This document shows, one piece after another, positions 37,816 to 50,295 of a stretch of DNA of 64,000 nt. The stretch lies in NCBI GenBank assembly GCA_964035545.1, contig OZ037771.1:12647133-12711132 (forward strand). The letters run 5' to 3'. The stretch is from Bugula neritina (lineage: Eukaryota > Animalia > Bryozoa). A model generated the notes under the pieces. The model was not told the origin of the DNA. It searched no databases and was given only the letters and a program-made list of their open reading frames with translations. Position numbers and translations under genes: made by a program. Each line of letters starts with the position of its first letter. Within the stretch, counting starts at the first letter, position 1.

Positions 37816-38499
37816 AGCCTCAACAACCGAGAAATATTTCCACATTACAAGATTGATTTCCATCATAGACTTAGATATGCTATGAAACCTACTGCTATTT
37901 ACTTACATTTTAGTTTTCTGCCGGCTTTACTCAAACAGGTGTAAATTAAGTCCTTTTTCTATTTCTTCCGTATAAGCTCAATTGTTATAGCCTTGTTTTA
38001 AAGCCTCTATTGGTCTATATTTGTATGTTTATACCTACTTTATCAACATGTCTAGTTTTCTTATCTTTTTTCATATATATATTATTATATTGTAATTCTG
38101 TAACTTGTACAATGTAAATATAGGCTAACGAATAGATATACTTACAATCTGTGTAGTCACTAAAACACGCTCTAGAGTCTAGACTGTGCTCTGCTCACAG
38201 AGTTGTCTGCCCAAAGTCCTCTACTTGAAGCATTTGAAAAAATGGTTCAGTCTTCAATATGAAAATGTGTTCACTTTTAATGAATAAATCCTTAAATTTG
38301 CAGAAATTTACATAGCAATATTATTTTTTGGAAAGTGTGGCTGATAAATAAAGGAGGTGTTATTGAGGTGGGTGCAAGTTTGGAGAAAGCCTAGACCAAT
38401 ACCTACCATGTTAAAACCTCCAAACAGAGGGAGATAATTCTAATGTAAGAAATACAGCGAAACATATTATAGTGCATATATATATTTATGTATACATAT

Positions 38500-38510
38500 T
38501 TGTGTGTGTG

Positions 38511-38570
<60 letters not shown>

Positions 38571-38579
38571 TGTGTGTGT
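38500..38579. repeat. (GT)n/(GTGC)n microsatellite
   Basis: Directly visible. Confidence 0.9.
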
Positions 38580-39369
38580 CATTGTTCAAAGCACAAAGCT
38601 TCTGTAATGTTAGGTAAAATCAGGCTATCAATATTAAATATGTTGCTGCAAAGAGTTTCTCTATATACTCTGTCTCTTTACTCTTACACTAACCTCTATA
38701 CTCTGTATACACCACCATGCAATCGTTTGATCCTCTCACAATAACTTTTTAGGATGTACATGTAGAATAAAAGATAGCATTTTTTATTCTACATGTAGGT
38801 CCTGAAGTCTATCCTCATCTGACTTTTGTGGATGCTAGTTTCTTTTTTCCATAACATATTTTTAGCATTTTGTTTTCTCTTTCTATCTTTTTTCTCTTCT
38901 CTCCCTCCCTCCTTTCCCTCCCCCTTCCCCCCCCCCCTCTCTCTCCCTCTTTCTCTCTCTCTCCAAGTTTATTCCATTTATGTAGAGTTGCCTTTTCTCT
39001 GCCAGTACAAGATACTCGGCTCTATCTAGTGTTATCCTGTATCCATCAGATTTCACTGCTGCCATGTTTCCCTACAATACAGGCATATCTCTATGTTATT
39101 TGTTGGTTAATGTTTGGCTCCTACAATACTCGTCATCCTGTATTCACATGTAACAACTGTAAAGTTGTACAGGGAACACCTCCAGCTAATCTACAATCTA
39201 ATGCAGTATCACCAGCTTCCTATCTCTGACTCATCTCATTACTAGCGTCCAACCATTGGGATAGTCAAACATTAGGTATCTCTCTGTTGTAAACAACCTG
39301 TTGTAGTCGGATATCGAAGTTGGCTGCAGGAATTATTCACTCCTTATAAATTTTGATCTCAACTGAAGC

Positions 39370-40805
39370 ATGCATATCGCCGTTTGTCATACTTCAAGAT
39401 GTCTTCTGATCTTTGCATGGCTTCTAAGCAGTGGTAAGTGGAGAGGTTTATGATTGTAGCTTTTTCTTGTGTTAACACTACATATGTGCAGCTCTGTATA
39501 AATATATGTAAACACAGAGTTAGTTATTTTGCTACATGAAAGGTGCATGATGAGTTCATGAATAACAATTACTAAAACATTGGCCATTGTATTAATATAA
39601 AGATTTCAGTTTCAAATCTTATTTCAAAGCACAGCTGAAACTACACAAAAACCTTTCCCCAGTTTTATGCAAAATGTTTTTACATTGCCCTTTTAGTTTG
39701 GCTGGACATATGAGTAAGCCAGCCTCATCTCTACTTTTTGTATGGCAGAACTTCTGCTTGTATAGTTTCCATCGATGAATTGGCCATTCCAGTGACATTC
39801 TATTTCAATGGTTTACATGCTTTGAGTTGCAGCAAACACAGTTGAAAGTCTAGAGTGCTACCAATGTCGAGGTAGCTTCAACTCCACATGTTACAAGGCA
39901 TCAACCTCCAGTCACCTGCTACAGCAGCTGAAGTCTCAAGGTCAAACTGCTCAGTGTCCAGCTGACAGCAAGTGCGCTGTCTCCACACAAACCTATGCTA
40001 ATGGCCAGGGAAGTATAAGAAGGTAAACTAATGTGGCAAAATTCGATACTTTGCAAGTACCGTTGTGTGGAAAGATGTTAATCTTGCCCAATATTGATAG
40101 TTGATTTCCCTTAAATTAATCTAAAATGTGAGCGGACAACTCATTTTTTTACACCTGCTGAAAAGAATTTGAACTTTACTGAAAAATTTAGTTTTTGCAC
40201 TCTATCAGCTCCAATAGGGTTTAGACTGCATGTGATGCAACATTTTTATTGCCTAATTTCCTCCGAAAATACCTCAGATTATGCTGTGGTTAGGGCTTAA
40301 GAAATAACCTCTTTTAATTTACAAGTATAATTCAAGAATTATTCCAATTAATTTCTAAATCTTAGAGTAAAAGTGAATAATAATATTATGCTAATCAAGA
40401 AGTGAGTGACAACCAGCTGTGCTAAACACATATTCTGCAGACGTAACAGAACAACGTCTGCTAATGACTACTTATATAACGATAAGGCAGCAATTAAGGA
40501 ATCTTTCATCTATAACACCTGAGTTGGTGTTATTATCTTAAGGATCTACATAACATTATTAAGATATTTGCCTCATTGCAGCAGATATAAACTATGTATT
40601 ACTAATTGTTTACATTTTCAGGTCATGTGACAACCTACACAAAGATGGCTGTCGAGTAGTTGAACGAGTACTAGGATACAAGGAAGAGCTGTGCGTCTGT
40701 TCCGACACTCTGTGCAATACGTCAACACGACTTTCCTACAGAGCAAACTTCATTATGTTGATTGGTGCATTGTTAGCTGCTACCTCGTATTTACTAGCGC
40801 TGTGA
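39370..40805 (+). CDS. GPI-anchored Ly6/uPAR three-finger protein (quiver/sleepless-like), not shown in the ORF track
   Basis: Phase-consistent exons: 39370-39433 (signal peptide MHIAVCHTSRCLLIFAWLLSS), 39833-40022 (ESLECYQC...C...C...C...IRR), 40622-40805 (SC...GC...LCVCSDTLCN plus a hydrophobic tail). AATAAA at 40831. Confidence 0.88.
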
Positions 40806-42398
40806 CTGTCTAGTATATTTTGTTAGATTCAATAAAGTTTATTTAATACAGTGCTCCCTCTGTATCTCACTAAGCCGCTGGTCCCGGCACATTAATTCGT
40901 GACATAGTAGAATATGAAATCTAACTCGAAGATCCGTTCAATTTGGCCATTTTGTCCCTATGCACACACACATAAGCCACAAAACGAGGGTCTAAGCCCT
41001 TCTCGTGACCCACAAAGTTTCGTGAGAACAGTAACTGTGAGATATGGAGGGAACACTATATACACCATGATGTCATGTAATATTACCATTATAGAGAGTG
41101 TGAAAGTGTGTTTAGTTTTGTTGGCTGTAAGAAGTTTCTCTTTCATACTGTGAATATTGTTAGTAATTTCTTTGTAGCCAGTTAATCTCCATATATTCAT
41201 GATATTATAATAAACTTGTTCAAATGAATTGCCAATGTTGTGTATCAGAAATGTGTTATATATGAAGGATGGACAGATAACTTCAATATTTTACAAGTTT
41301 GCTAGGCGATGTAACAACCCGCCACCCGCGCAGGATCACGGCGATGAAAGGTGGCCTAGGTGATGTAACAACACAAGGTTGACATTATAAAGAGACAATT
41401 TTGATGGAATGAAAATATCTATGTAAAAATACATGATCATGGTGACCTGCTGTATAATTATGCAGTAAAGCATTAATCATTCTGCACATTAGTCATTGCT
41501 ACATTTTTTTATTAATATCAACTAACTCTGTGGAAGTTTTTAAAAAAAATTGGTTTGCACCGAGAGTCATATTTGGTGATAAATATTCAGGGAGAACTAT
41601 TCTGCGTGCATCTTCACTTTGGTGATAGATCTAATTCTATAATTTGCCCTGTTTTAGCCGCTACTAAATAACAGCAAACTGCAACAACTGTTGATAATTG
41701 GGGTTTTATGGAAGATTTCTTCCAACAACTTCACATAGCAAAGCAAGGTGGTGCACTATTTACTTGGGTTTTGAAGTATTTCCCAGAACTTCCAGTTTAG
41801 TTTCTACGAGAGTTCAACATACCAACTAGACTAATAAACCCAAAGCTGGAGGAAGTAGTTATTTATAGCACACCACAACTTACCCCTAGAGCTACTTTAT
41901 ATCTACACTCTTATCTATTTTTAGCTTTTACTACTTCTTTAATAATTGGGGTAGTTCCTTTTCATACTCTAAACTCTTAAAACATTGTACGGTGTGCAAC
42001 TCCTTCTACAAATTGTACCGTGATTTATTGAATTGTATTATATATTATAATATATTGCACTGCAATTTATTGCATTGTACTGTATTATTTTGTAGTGTAC
42101 TGTATGAATTGAATTATAGTGTATTAGAGTCGACTGCATGTATTGTATTATACCATATTTTATTGTTGGCATTGTATTGTATTATACTTTATTTAGTTGC
42201 ACTGAGTTTTACTGCATAAATTGCGTTGTATTATAGCATCAGGCTGTACCTGCATTTTATGGTATTAATTTGTGCATATTATATCAAATTTTACTCTATT
42301 GAGTTATTTTGTATTGCAATGAGCCATAAAGTATTAAAAGTCAATTTAGACTTTCTTAAGTGATAATATAGTAGAAATAGCTAATTTATAGACTAGAG

Positions 42399-42607
<209 letters not shown>

Positions 42608-43238
42608 TAGCCAGTTCAGCCAATGTTTAAGGTCAACACTAAATTAGTCATCCCTTGTATAACTCTCACCTAACTTATAACATAATAGTCACTATCCCGT
42701 GAGAGCCACTGGTGTAACGGGTTTTTAACGAGCACTAAAGATTTATTCATATATATGTGGCTCATAATTTTCAATATTTCAGCTTCTATAATTTTGAATT
42801 TAAAATGTTAAAACAACTCATAGCTAGTCTGAAACATTGTAATTTTTCTACAAGAGGCATCTGACCAACTTTCCCATTAGTACTGGTCTACTGGAACATG
42901 AAGTGTTATTAGTTTGAGCTGCTATTTTTGTGTGAGAAATTAATATTTACTGCATGGCATTACAAAAGTGTCAGTCTTTCAACACACACACAATGCTTAC
43001 ATTATTGCTATATCTGGCAGCTAATATACATTCTGTTGCTATACATAAATTCAGCAGTGATTGGGATATGAGTAGTTGCTAAGTCTATTCTTATTATTTT
43101 ACACTTGACTCAGTTATTGAGTAGGTTATAAACGGTTTTTTATGCAAGAATTTATCACTTTTATGTCAAATGGTTATAAATTAATGATTGTTTAATTACA
43201 TCACAATTCAGGAGGTGCAGAAAGGGGTGCACAGTAAA

Positions 43239-43443
43239 AACTCACTCAAGTTTATAGTCGCTATCCCTGTGAGAACCCCTGATGGAAAGTGTTTTTGTTA
43301 AATCGGGTTAAGGACTTATTTAAATGAGGCACAGGAGCAATTATGACTGGATGCTCTTCTTAACATCACCAATAACCATCGTCCCGAACCCATGACTTTG
43401 TGCTTACTAAGAAAACACTCTAACCCCTAGACCACAGCTGCTC
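43239..43443 (-). mobile_element. tRNA-Thr(AGT)-derived SINE, copy 4
   Basis: Matches the other copies. Confidence 0.85.
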
Positions 43444-46400
43444 AAAGGAGTGCACAGTAGACAGGCCATAAAAATAAAGAGTTGGACAGGAATATTATCA
43501 GCACTTCTTGGCTGATTTGTTAGTTATCTACAATTACATAATGCTGTTGTTCCCAGTTGCTGTAGCTGCAGCCATCACTTTGCCAATATTTATTTGACAA
43601 TGATATGTGGGGATAACAGTGCTGATCCTTGGACAAACAAAACTGCAGATAATGTCTAAAAGTCTAAACTCCAAACTGTAAAACTTCTTGAAGATATTCA
43701 ACCAAGAATGTTCTAGATGGCCACCCGCATGAATAGCATTAGTGTATGGCAGATTTCTTGCTACTTGACTTCCAGTAGCTTAGTTTACCTGCTGGCACAC
43801 GTAGCCTCCTGCTCCTACCATATCAGCAGGATGTGTGATAGCAGAAGCGCACAGCTTTCTGCAGGAGGAGGGGGGAGAGTTATTAGGCATCCTAAGCTAT
43901 TATCACAAAAAGATGACTACACTTCAGTAGCCTGTCATCCAAAGTGTGTTTAAAATAGCAATTCTCTGTAAATGGAGAGTTGATGATGGGTCAGAGGCTA
44001 TGATTTAAAGCAGGTAAAACAATTTGAACTGCCAGAGTTCTTTGTTTAGTGCAGTCTCTGGTACTGCAGTTCCAATATTATTATATCACTTGCTTTATCA
44101 CTCACCGTATTCATACATAAACATCAAATTTTCAACTAGTGTTGGATCCAGACACCCCTGCTGATTAGGGTTGGATCTAGCCATCCCTGCTCAAGCTAAT
44201 TTCTCGTTAAGAAACCTGTTATGCAAATCAAGAGAAAAAAGAGACACTCAGTGAATCTTTAGACACGAGTAAACTAAACTAAACAACTTTAGAAAAGTAA
44301 AAATACATTGTCCTACATAATTATACATTACTGGATCCACTCCTGAAATTTGTATACAATATTTATTATAATGAGTGTTCAATTGTATTAGTGCCTGTTA
44401 TATTAGTGACTGTACTTCATCCAATCACACCAAGTGGATGAAGCTTCCCATACATAACACGGATAGCTCACAACCCTGGTACACAGAATCTCCTTGGCAG
44501 CCGAAACACAGTTATTGACATCCATCTTAGTCATCATCCGTGTGGGAAGCTGACTATGGCTCATTTAGTAGGCAGCGTCTGATAGGAGAGAAAGCTAAAT
44601 GGGATACATTTGAAGCATTAACTGAAACATTGTATAGAGGCTAGCATAACGTTCACTCTGTACTTCTAGTGAAATGAAACTAAACTTTTTCTGCTTCCTT
44701 TTCCTTCTTAACAAGGTACTCCCAGGTGAGTCTAGTTGAACCTGTAATGGCACATTAACGTAGCAGTTGTATCCTTCAACTAAAGAATAAGTATTCAACA
44801 TGGGAAGTTCAATGCTAATCCGATATTACTAGTAGTATTAGAGTAACGTATCATCGTGTTATTGTTATTTATATACATGTGTTGAAATTGTATAATAATA
44901 TAACTGTAACTGAGCAATTAAGAAAAATCTGTGTTCTATAAGAGGAAATTAGGAAAAATATTTGTTTTTGTGAATATTTCAACTTGCACTCCATACAGAA
45001 TTTCTTTTGAAAAATTATAGACATTAGGCTATTGACTGTTTTGCTATGTAATGTAGTATAGTAATATGTTTTTATATAATGTAATATATTTAATATAATA
45101 TTATGCTCTTGCATAAATAATGTTTTATGTTTTCAAGTAGTGTGATTGTTTAATATATTATAATGTTTACTACATGCTGTGCATGGTGGCTTGTTATTCA
45201 TTGTTTATAGGTAAGTTTAATTAGCATTGCACAGCCACAATTTAACAACTAGGATTACAGAACTTCGTTTATGTTAAATGTGCATCTGTAGCAGCAAATA
45301 CAGCCCATTCAGAATGTTGGCAGTCCTTTAACTAGCTTATTATACAAATAACATTGAATCACTGGTCTTAGCCATTACAGATATATTTTCTAATGTTGAA
45401 ATGCAAAACATATTGTTAAAAAGTTGTAAAGTTTAGGATTTCCCTTAACTTTACATAAAGTATTATTTGCTATCCTCCATATAAAATATATATACCGAAC
45501 AGATATTATAAAATCTCTTAGATACTTTCTGATATTCTACAACATCACAAAATATAAACAGAAAATCTTCATACATTATAAAAGCTCAGAAAGCTCTGTA
45601 TGCATCATTGCGTCACTTCTGTAGCCTATTATGAGATTTTACTAAAGAGTAATTCATCTAACTAAACCAGGTTTCAGAAACTACTTCCATGGCATTTAAA
45701 TACTATATAAAATAGCTTTAAAATACATTTATATATTATAATAATGTAATCGAATAATTATTATGTCTGTAAATATTGAAATTATTACTATGTTTATAAC
45801 CAGTAATCCATGGGCTCGACTGTTGGGAGTGTTATGCGGAGGACTCGGCAAACCCTTGTTGGCATGAATCCTCGCTACGGGCCGACACTCAAAATGAGGT
45901 AGTTGTCTTCTCTTGTTTATTAGCACTGAGTCACTTGCCGATTCTAGCACACTTGTGAGAGGTAAAGTTTATAATACAGTACTACCTCTAAATCTCACGA
46001 TTCCATTTCTCATGAAATTTCACATTGGTCACAAGAAGGGCTTGGACCCGGTTTTGTGGCTTGTGCATGTGTGCATAGGAACAAAATATGGCTAAATTTA
46101 ATATATCTCTGAGTTAAATATGGTATTCTACCATGTCAGGGGTGGGGGGGGGGGTTTGGGACCCGCAGCTTAGTGAGATACGGAGGGAGCACTGTATTCT
46201 ACGATGAATGCAGCAAGTCTCAAGTGACTGCATGGCGCATCTTTTATTGTTACAAAATTATTTCTTGCTTTCAGATCTCCAGGATTTTAATTTGTATTTT
46301 TGATGTATATTATTTAAGGATATGCATAAATTTAGCTAGTTTCTAGTTTTAAAATTTAAATGAGTCATTAAAGTTTATAGTTTCAACAAAAGCTTATGAT

Positions 46401-46579
46401 AGGATCAATAGATGACGGATGTAAATAGGAAACTTTTACAGGGTATAGCAACTCTTAACATCTACTTTTGGCTATACTTTTAGAAGTGAGGCAAATATCA
46501 AACTCAAATGTTATAGTATAGATATTTTATAATATGACAACTTTTTACTAACTTACAGACTTATCTGATGAATTTGTAG

Positions 46580-49298
46580 ATCTCAATAGAGGATTGTGCA
46601 AATTACCACCAAGCTACAGGTTCTGAAGTGCTTGTATGTGTTACAGCTCAGGTTTTTAATGGCACAACAGAAATCTTTAGAGGGAGGTGAGAATATAACA
46701 CATCACAGCTAGTTTAAGGTCATTACTTTCCAGATTCAAGCACTGCTTTATGTTATATATAAACGGTTTCCAGGGGATAGCTCGAACAGTTTTTGTCTCA
46801 CATTAACAAATTTTACATGAAAAGATAGCTCTTGCATTCCTCTTTCATATACTTTTTTAATTTTTCAATAAAAAATTTTCTGAGAAAGTTGTTGCATAAT
46901 AAGTAAAATTTTACACCCTCCATGTTCCACTGCTGTAGCACAGGGGATTCATTTTATAAAGTCTAAAAGTTAAACTTGACATTCCTTGATATGTTTTCTC
47001 TAATATACTTTCTTTGTTTTTTGAAATTCTGTTTATGCTCTTCACAATTTGGTAAAAACATACACCATTTTGCAAGTTTCACTGCAATTTTCTAAATTCT
47101 TCATATGGTGGTTCTAGCTACGCTCCTGTGACTAATTATAACATTCCTAGTACGTTTGCCGCTCTGCGCTATCACAATAACATATAGTACCCTCTCGCAC
47201 AAATTGACAATCTATTGGATTTCTGCCAATATAATGTTCCCTGTTTTACATTAGCGCTTAGCTGAATCATCTCACTATGTTACAATAATATATTGAAAAT
47301 GCCTCAGCACAACATAATTCTTTGTTTGGCAGAGTTAATTTCAGCTAAATCACTTCACTTTGCAGTCTTGTCAGTAAAGGTCTGTCTATAGCGCAGCAGG
47401 TATACTTTCAGTTTCTCTAATTCGCATATGATTATTTTAAGTACATTGTATTCTATAAGATCAATTTAAGGTTTAGTCCAGTGTTCAGTATCTAATTATT
47501 ATGCATGTATGTTGTCTTACTGTTGAACAAAAGTTAAAAAAAAACTTTACAATTATAGCCATATTTATTATACATGCGTAGGATTTGCATAAGTTGATAA
47601 AAAAAATTGCAACAAAGCAGGGTTGAACCATGACCAACCAACTCGTCGCTGATGCCTCTAACCTCTGGACCACGCAGTCATCGAGATTGAAATGCGCACT
47701 ATATGAGTAACTATCATTACATGAATATTTTGCGCGCAAATGGGTTATAATTATTAGGCTGTCAATTGATGCTGATAGCAGTCAACTGTTGCAATAGTCT
47801 CAGGTTACTAGCAAAGCTAATGGTTTTGAACAAATAACCCAAAAGTTTAAAAAATAAGTAGCTTGCGTATTGCTAGCTACAAAAACAGGTCTGAAATAGA
47901 CTGGTAAAGCAAGCTCTTATTGTAGAGTTTGCAGATGTGCTCTAAAATAAAACTTAAACTGTATGCTATTACATAAGTATTTGTATGGACATTACTGAGT
48001 TTCTGGAAAACAACATACTTGAACTTAACTTTGACAATGGTGTGTTATTTTCACCATACACTAGCACAGATAGGGCCTATAGCATAAATCTCTAATCATA
48101 TGAATCTTTATGAAGCCCACAGCTCATGTAAGGGTGGCAAATGTAATTTGAAACTAAAAATTGTGTTGCTGCATTGTGTCTAAGGTATATTAGAGAGCAG
48201 AATTTGGTTTTACTAGCCTACCCCAACGGCATTCTACAATGCAGCTTATATGCTGGCAGTTGTAATAAGTACTGTCAATAGCAAGGTTACTATCACTGCT
48301 AGCTCTGTGCAGTATGTAACCACTTGAATAATTGCGCCAATTTTAAACTCTTGGAAGTTGGCCAAGTTATCATATCGCAGCCAGCCACCGGAGACAAAGC
48401 ATCAGAGCTATTCATATAATATTATACTGATGCACTTGGTAGCAGAGTGGCTAATCTAATATAGTTCATAGTTCAACACCCTTTACTTTGGGAATACAGC
48501 CTCTTTTTTTAGGTTTACCTTACAAAGCATGAACATATCTAAACTGGTATTCTGATAATTTAGAGGTACATTTTGAAAACTAGGTTAATTGCACTTGTTT
48601 GCACAACAACAATAATAAAATAGATATTATGCAGTATAATAAAAACACACATAATACTATATAATATATTATAATGATAATAATATAATATTATAAGTAC
48701 CATTACTGCATTTTATAAATCACATGGTTGCCAAAAAAATGTATCACAAATTTTGTAATTATACATCAAAAATAGAACTATAGCTAGGCAGCAGGTTAGA
48801 ATAGAGTAAATTTTTAAAACATGAAATCATGATTTGACTATTGTTTTATTTAGGCCAACCAACCTAGGAATACAAGATTGGGTTTTAGCTGACAGTTTAT
48901 AACATTTAGCTTTTGAGCCAGCAGCACTGGCACTTGTGAAGTATAGGCAAAGTTAGTGAAGCGAGACTAACTAGCACTCAAATACAAGGCATATTGAGAC
49001 GCAATAACAAGTCAGGAGCGTATAAATTGAAAAGAATGTGGAAGGGGGACTATGTTTTTCAACAAGCTATAACTTAAACATGGATTGGTTTTTGAAAAAA
49101 ATAAAAAAGTATATTGGAGAACATAAGTTTCTTTATCTTTTCATATTTTTTTTGTTCCTGTGACATTCAACCTGTTCGAGCTATCAGTGGAACATTGTTC
49201 ATATAGAACATAAAGCACCTGGCAAAGAGCCAGAAAATGAAAAGTGTGACCTTAAACTAACTGTGATGGCATACAATTACATAGAAATATACTTATAT

Positions 49299-49386
<88 letters not shown>

Positions 49387-49817
49387 AATATCAGTATAAT
49401 TACTTTACCTAATAAAGTAATAATTCAACAATGTTTCTCGTATACTTATTTATAATCAAATTGCTAGCTCGTAAAGATATAATTATTTAAATATATATAT
49501 ATATATATATGTATATATTATATTGAAGGACATGTGGTAAAGAAAACCAGCAGAAAGTTGGATGTAAAACCGCCACTAATAAAGTGGGACTGACTGCCTT
49601 AACCTGCACTTGCACAGCTGACTTGTGCAATAATAAAGCTGGTGTTAATTATCAAATTGACCATCCAAGTATTAACTCTCCAACTAACAGAATAGCAGCT
49701 ACCTCTCCACAAGCTAATGGAGGTTTCCGGCCAAGGTTGCTCAGCTCAGATATCTATCTTAACACCAGATATTATCTTTGGTATATGCTGTTGCTGATAG
49801 TTTTGGCAGGGATATAA
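46580..49817 (+). CDS. Second Ly6/quiver-like GPI-anchored protein (3' exons; 5' exons unresolved)
   Basis: Last exon ~49529-49817 reads (R)[12 protein letters not shown]...[12 protein letters not shown], then a Ser/Pro/Thr spacer and a hydrophobic tail. The candidate preceding exon ~46580-46686 (ISIEDCANY...VCVTAQ...FRGR) ends in phase 2 at the same R|xC position as in the first Ly6 gene. Confidence 0.68.
49308..49382. repeat. (TA)n microsatellite
   Basis: Directly visible. Confidence 0.95.
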
Positions 49818-50295
49818 ACAATATGTAGCAACTGCTTAACACTAAGCATATGGTGTTGAACTATAAACAAAATTAGACAACTCTTAATTCCAGATAATTT
49901 TATTGTTTACTTTAGAAATTCAATGAAACTTGAAAATAAAAGTATGGGAGTAAATTATATAAAACTTTATGTACTACTGGTACATTTAAATACTAACAAT
50001 ATAATTGTATAAATGTATTTACATGTAAAATTTACAATATGTATTTAAACCTGTTATTTATCACTAACTCAATAAAATAAGTCTATTATTGGACTAATTA
50101 GTAGAATTAGAACCAGCTTAATTGAGCATTGAAATCTGAGAGGTACATGCGCAACCCGAATTTTTCATGAAACATCTTGAATGAGATTGAGGTTATTTGA
50201 GATATATTACTAGATATAATAACCCATATAAATATCTATTTAAATTGCTTGAGTCACAAGTCACAGATACAAGTCAACACTCAAGTAACAGGAAG

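Noticed and set aside
43500-44010. Possible decayed retroelement coding fragment
   Set aside because: GC content is higher, but I found no convincing motif; a translated search would be needed.
46442-46530. SEANIKLKCY as the missing first Cys exon of Ly6 gene 2
   Set aside because: It resembles the LxCY motif, but I could not join it in phase to neighbouring exons; left unresolved.
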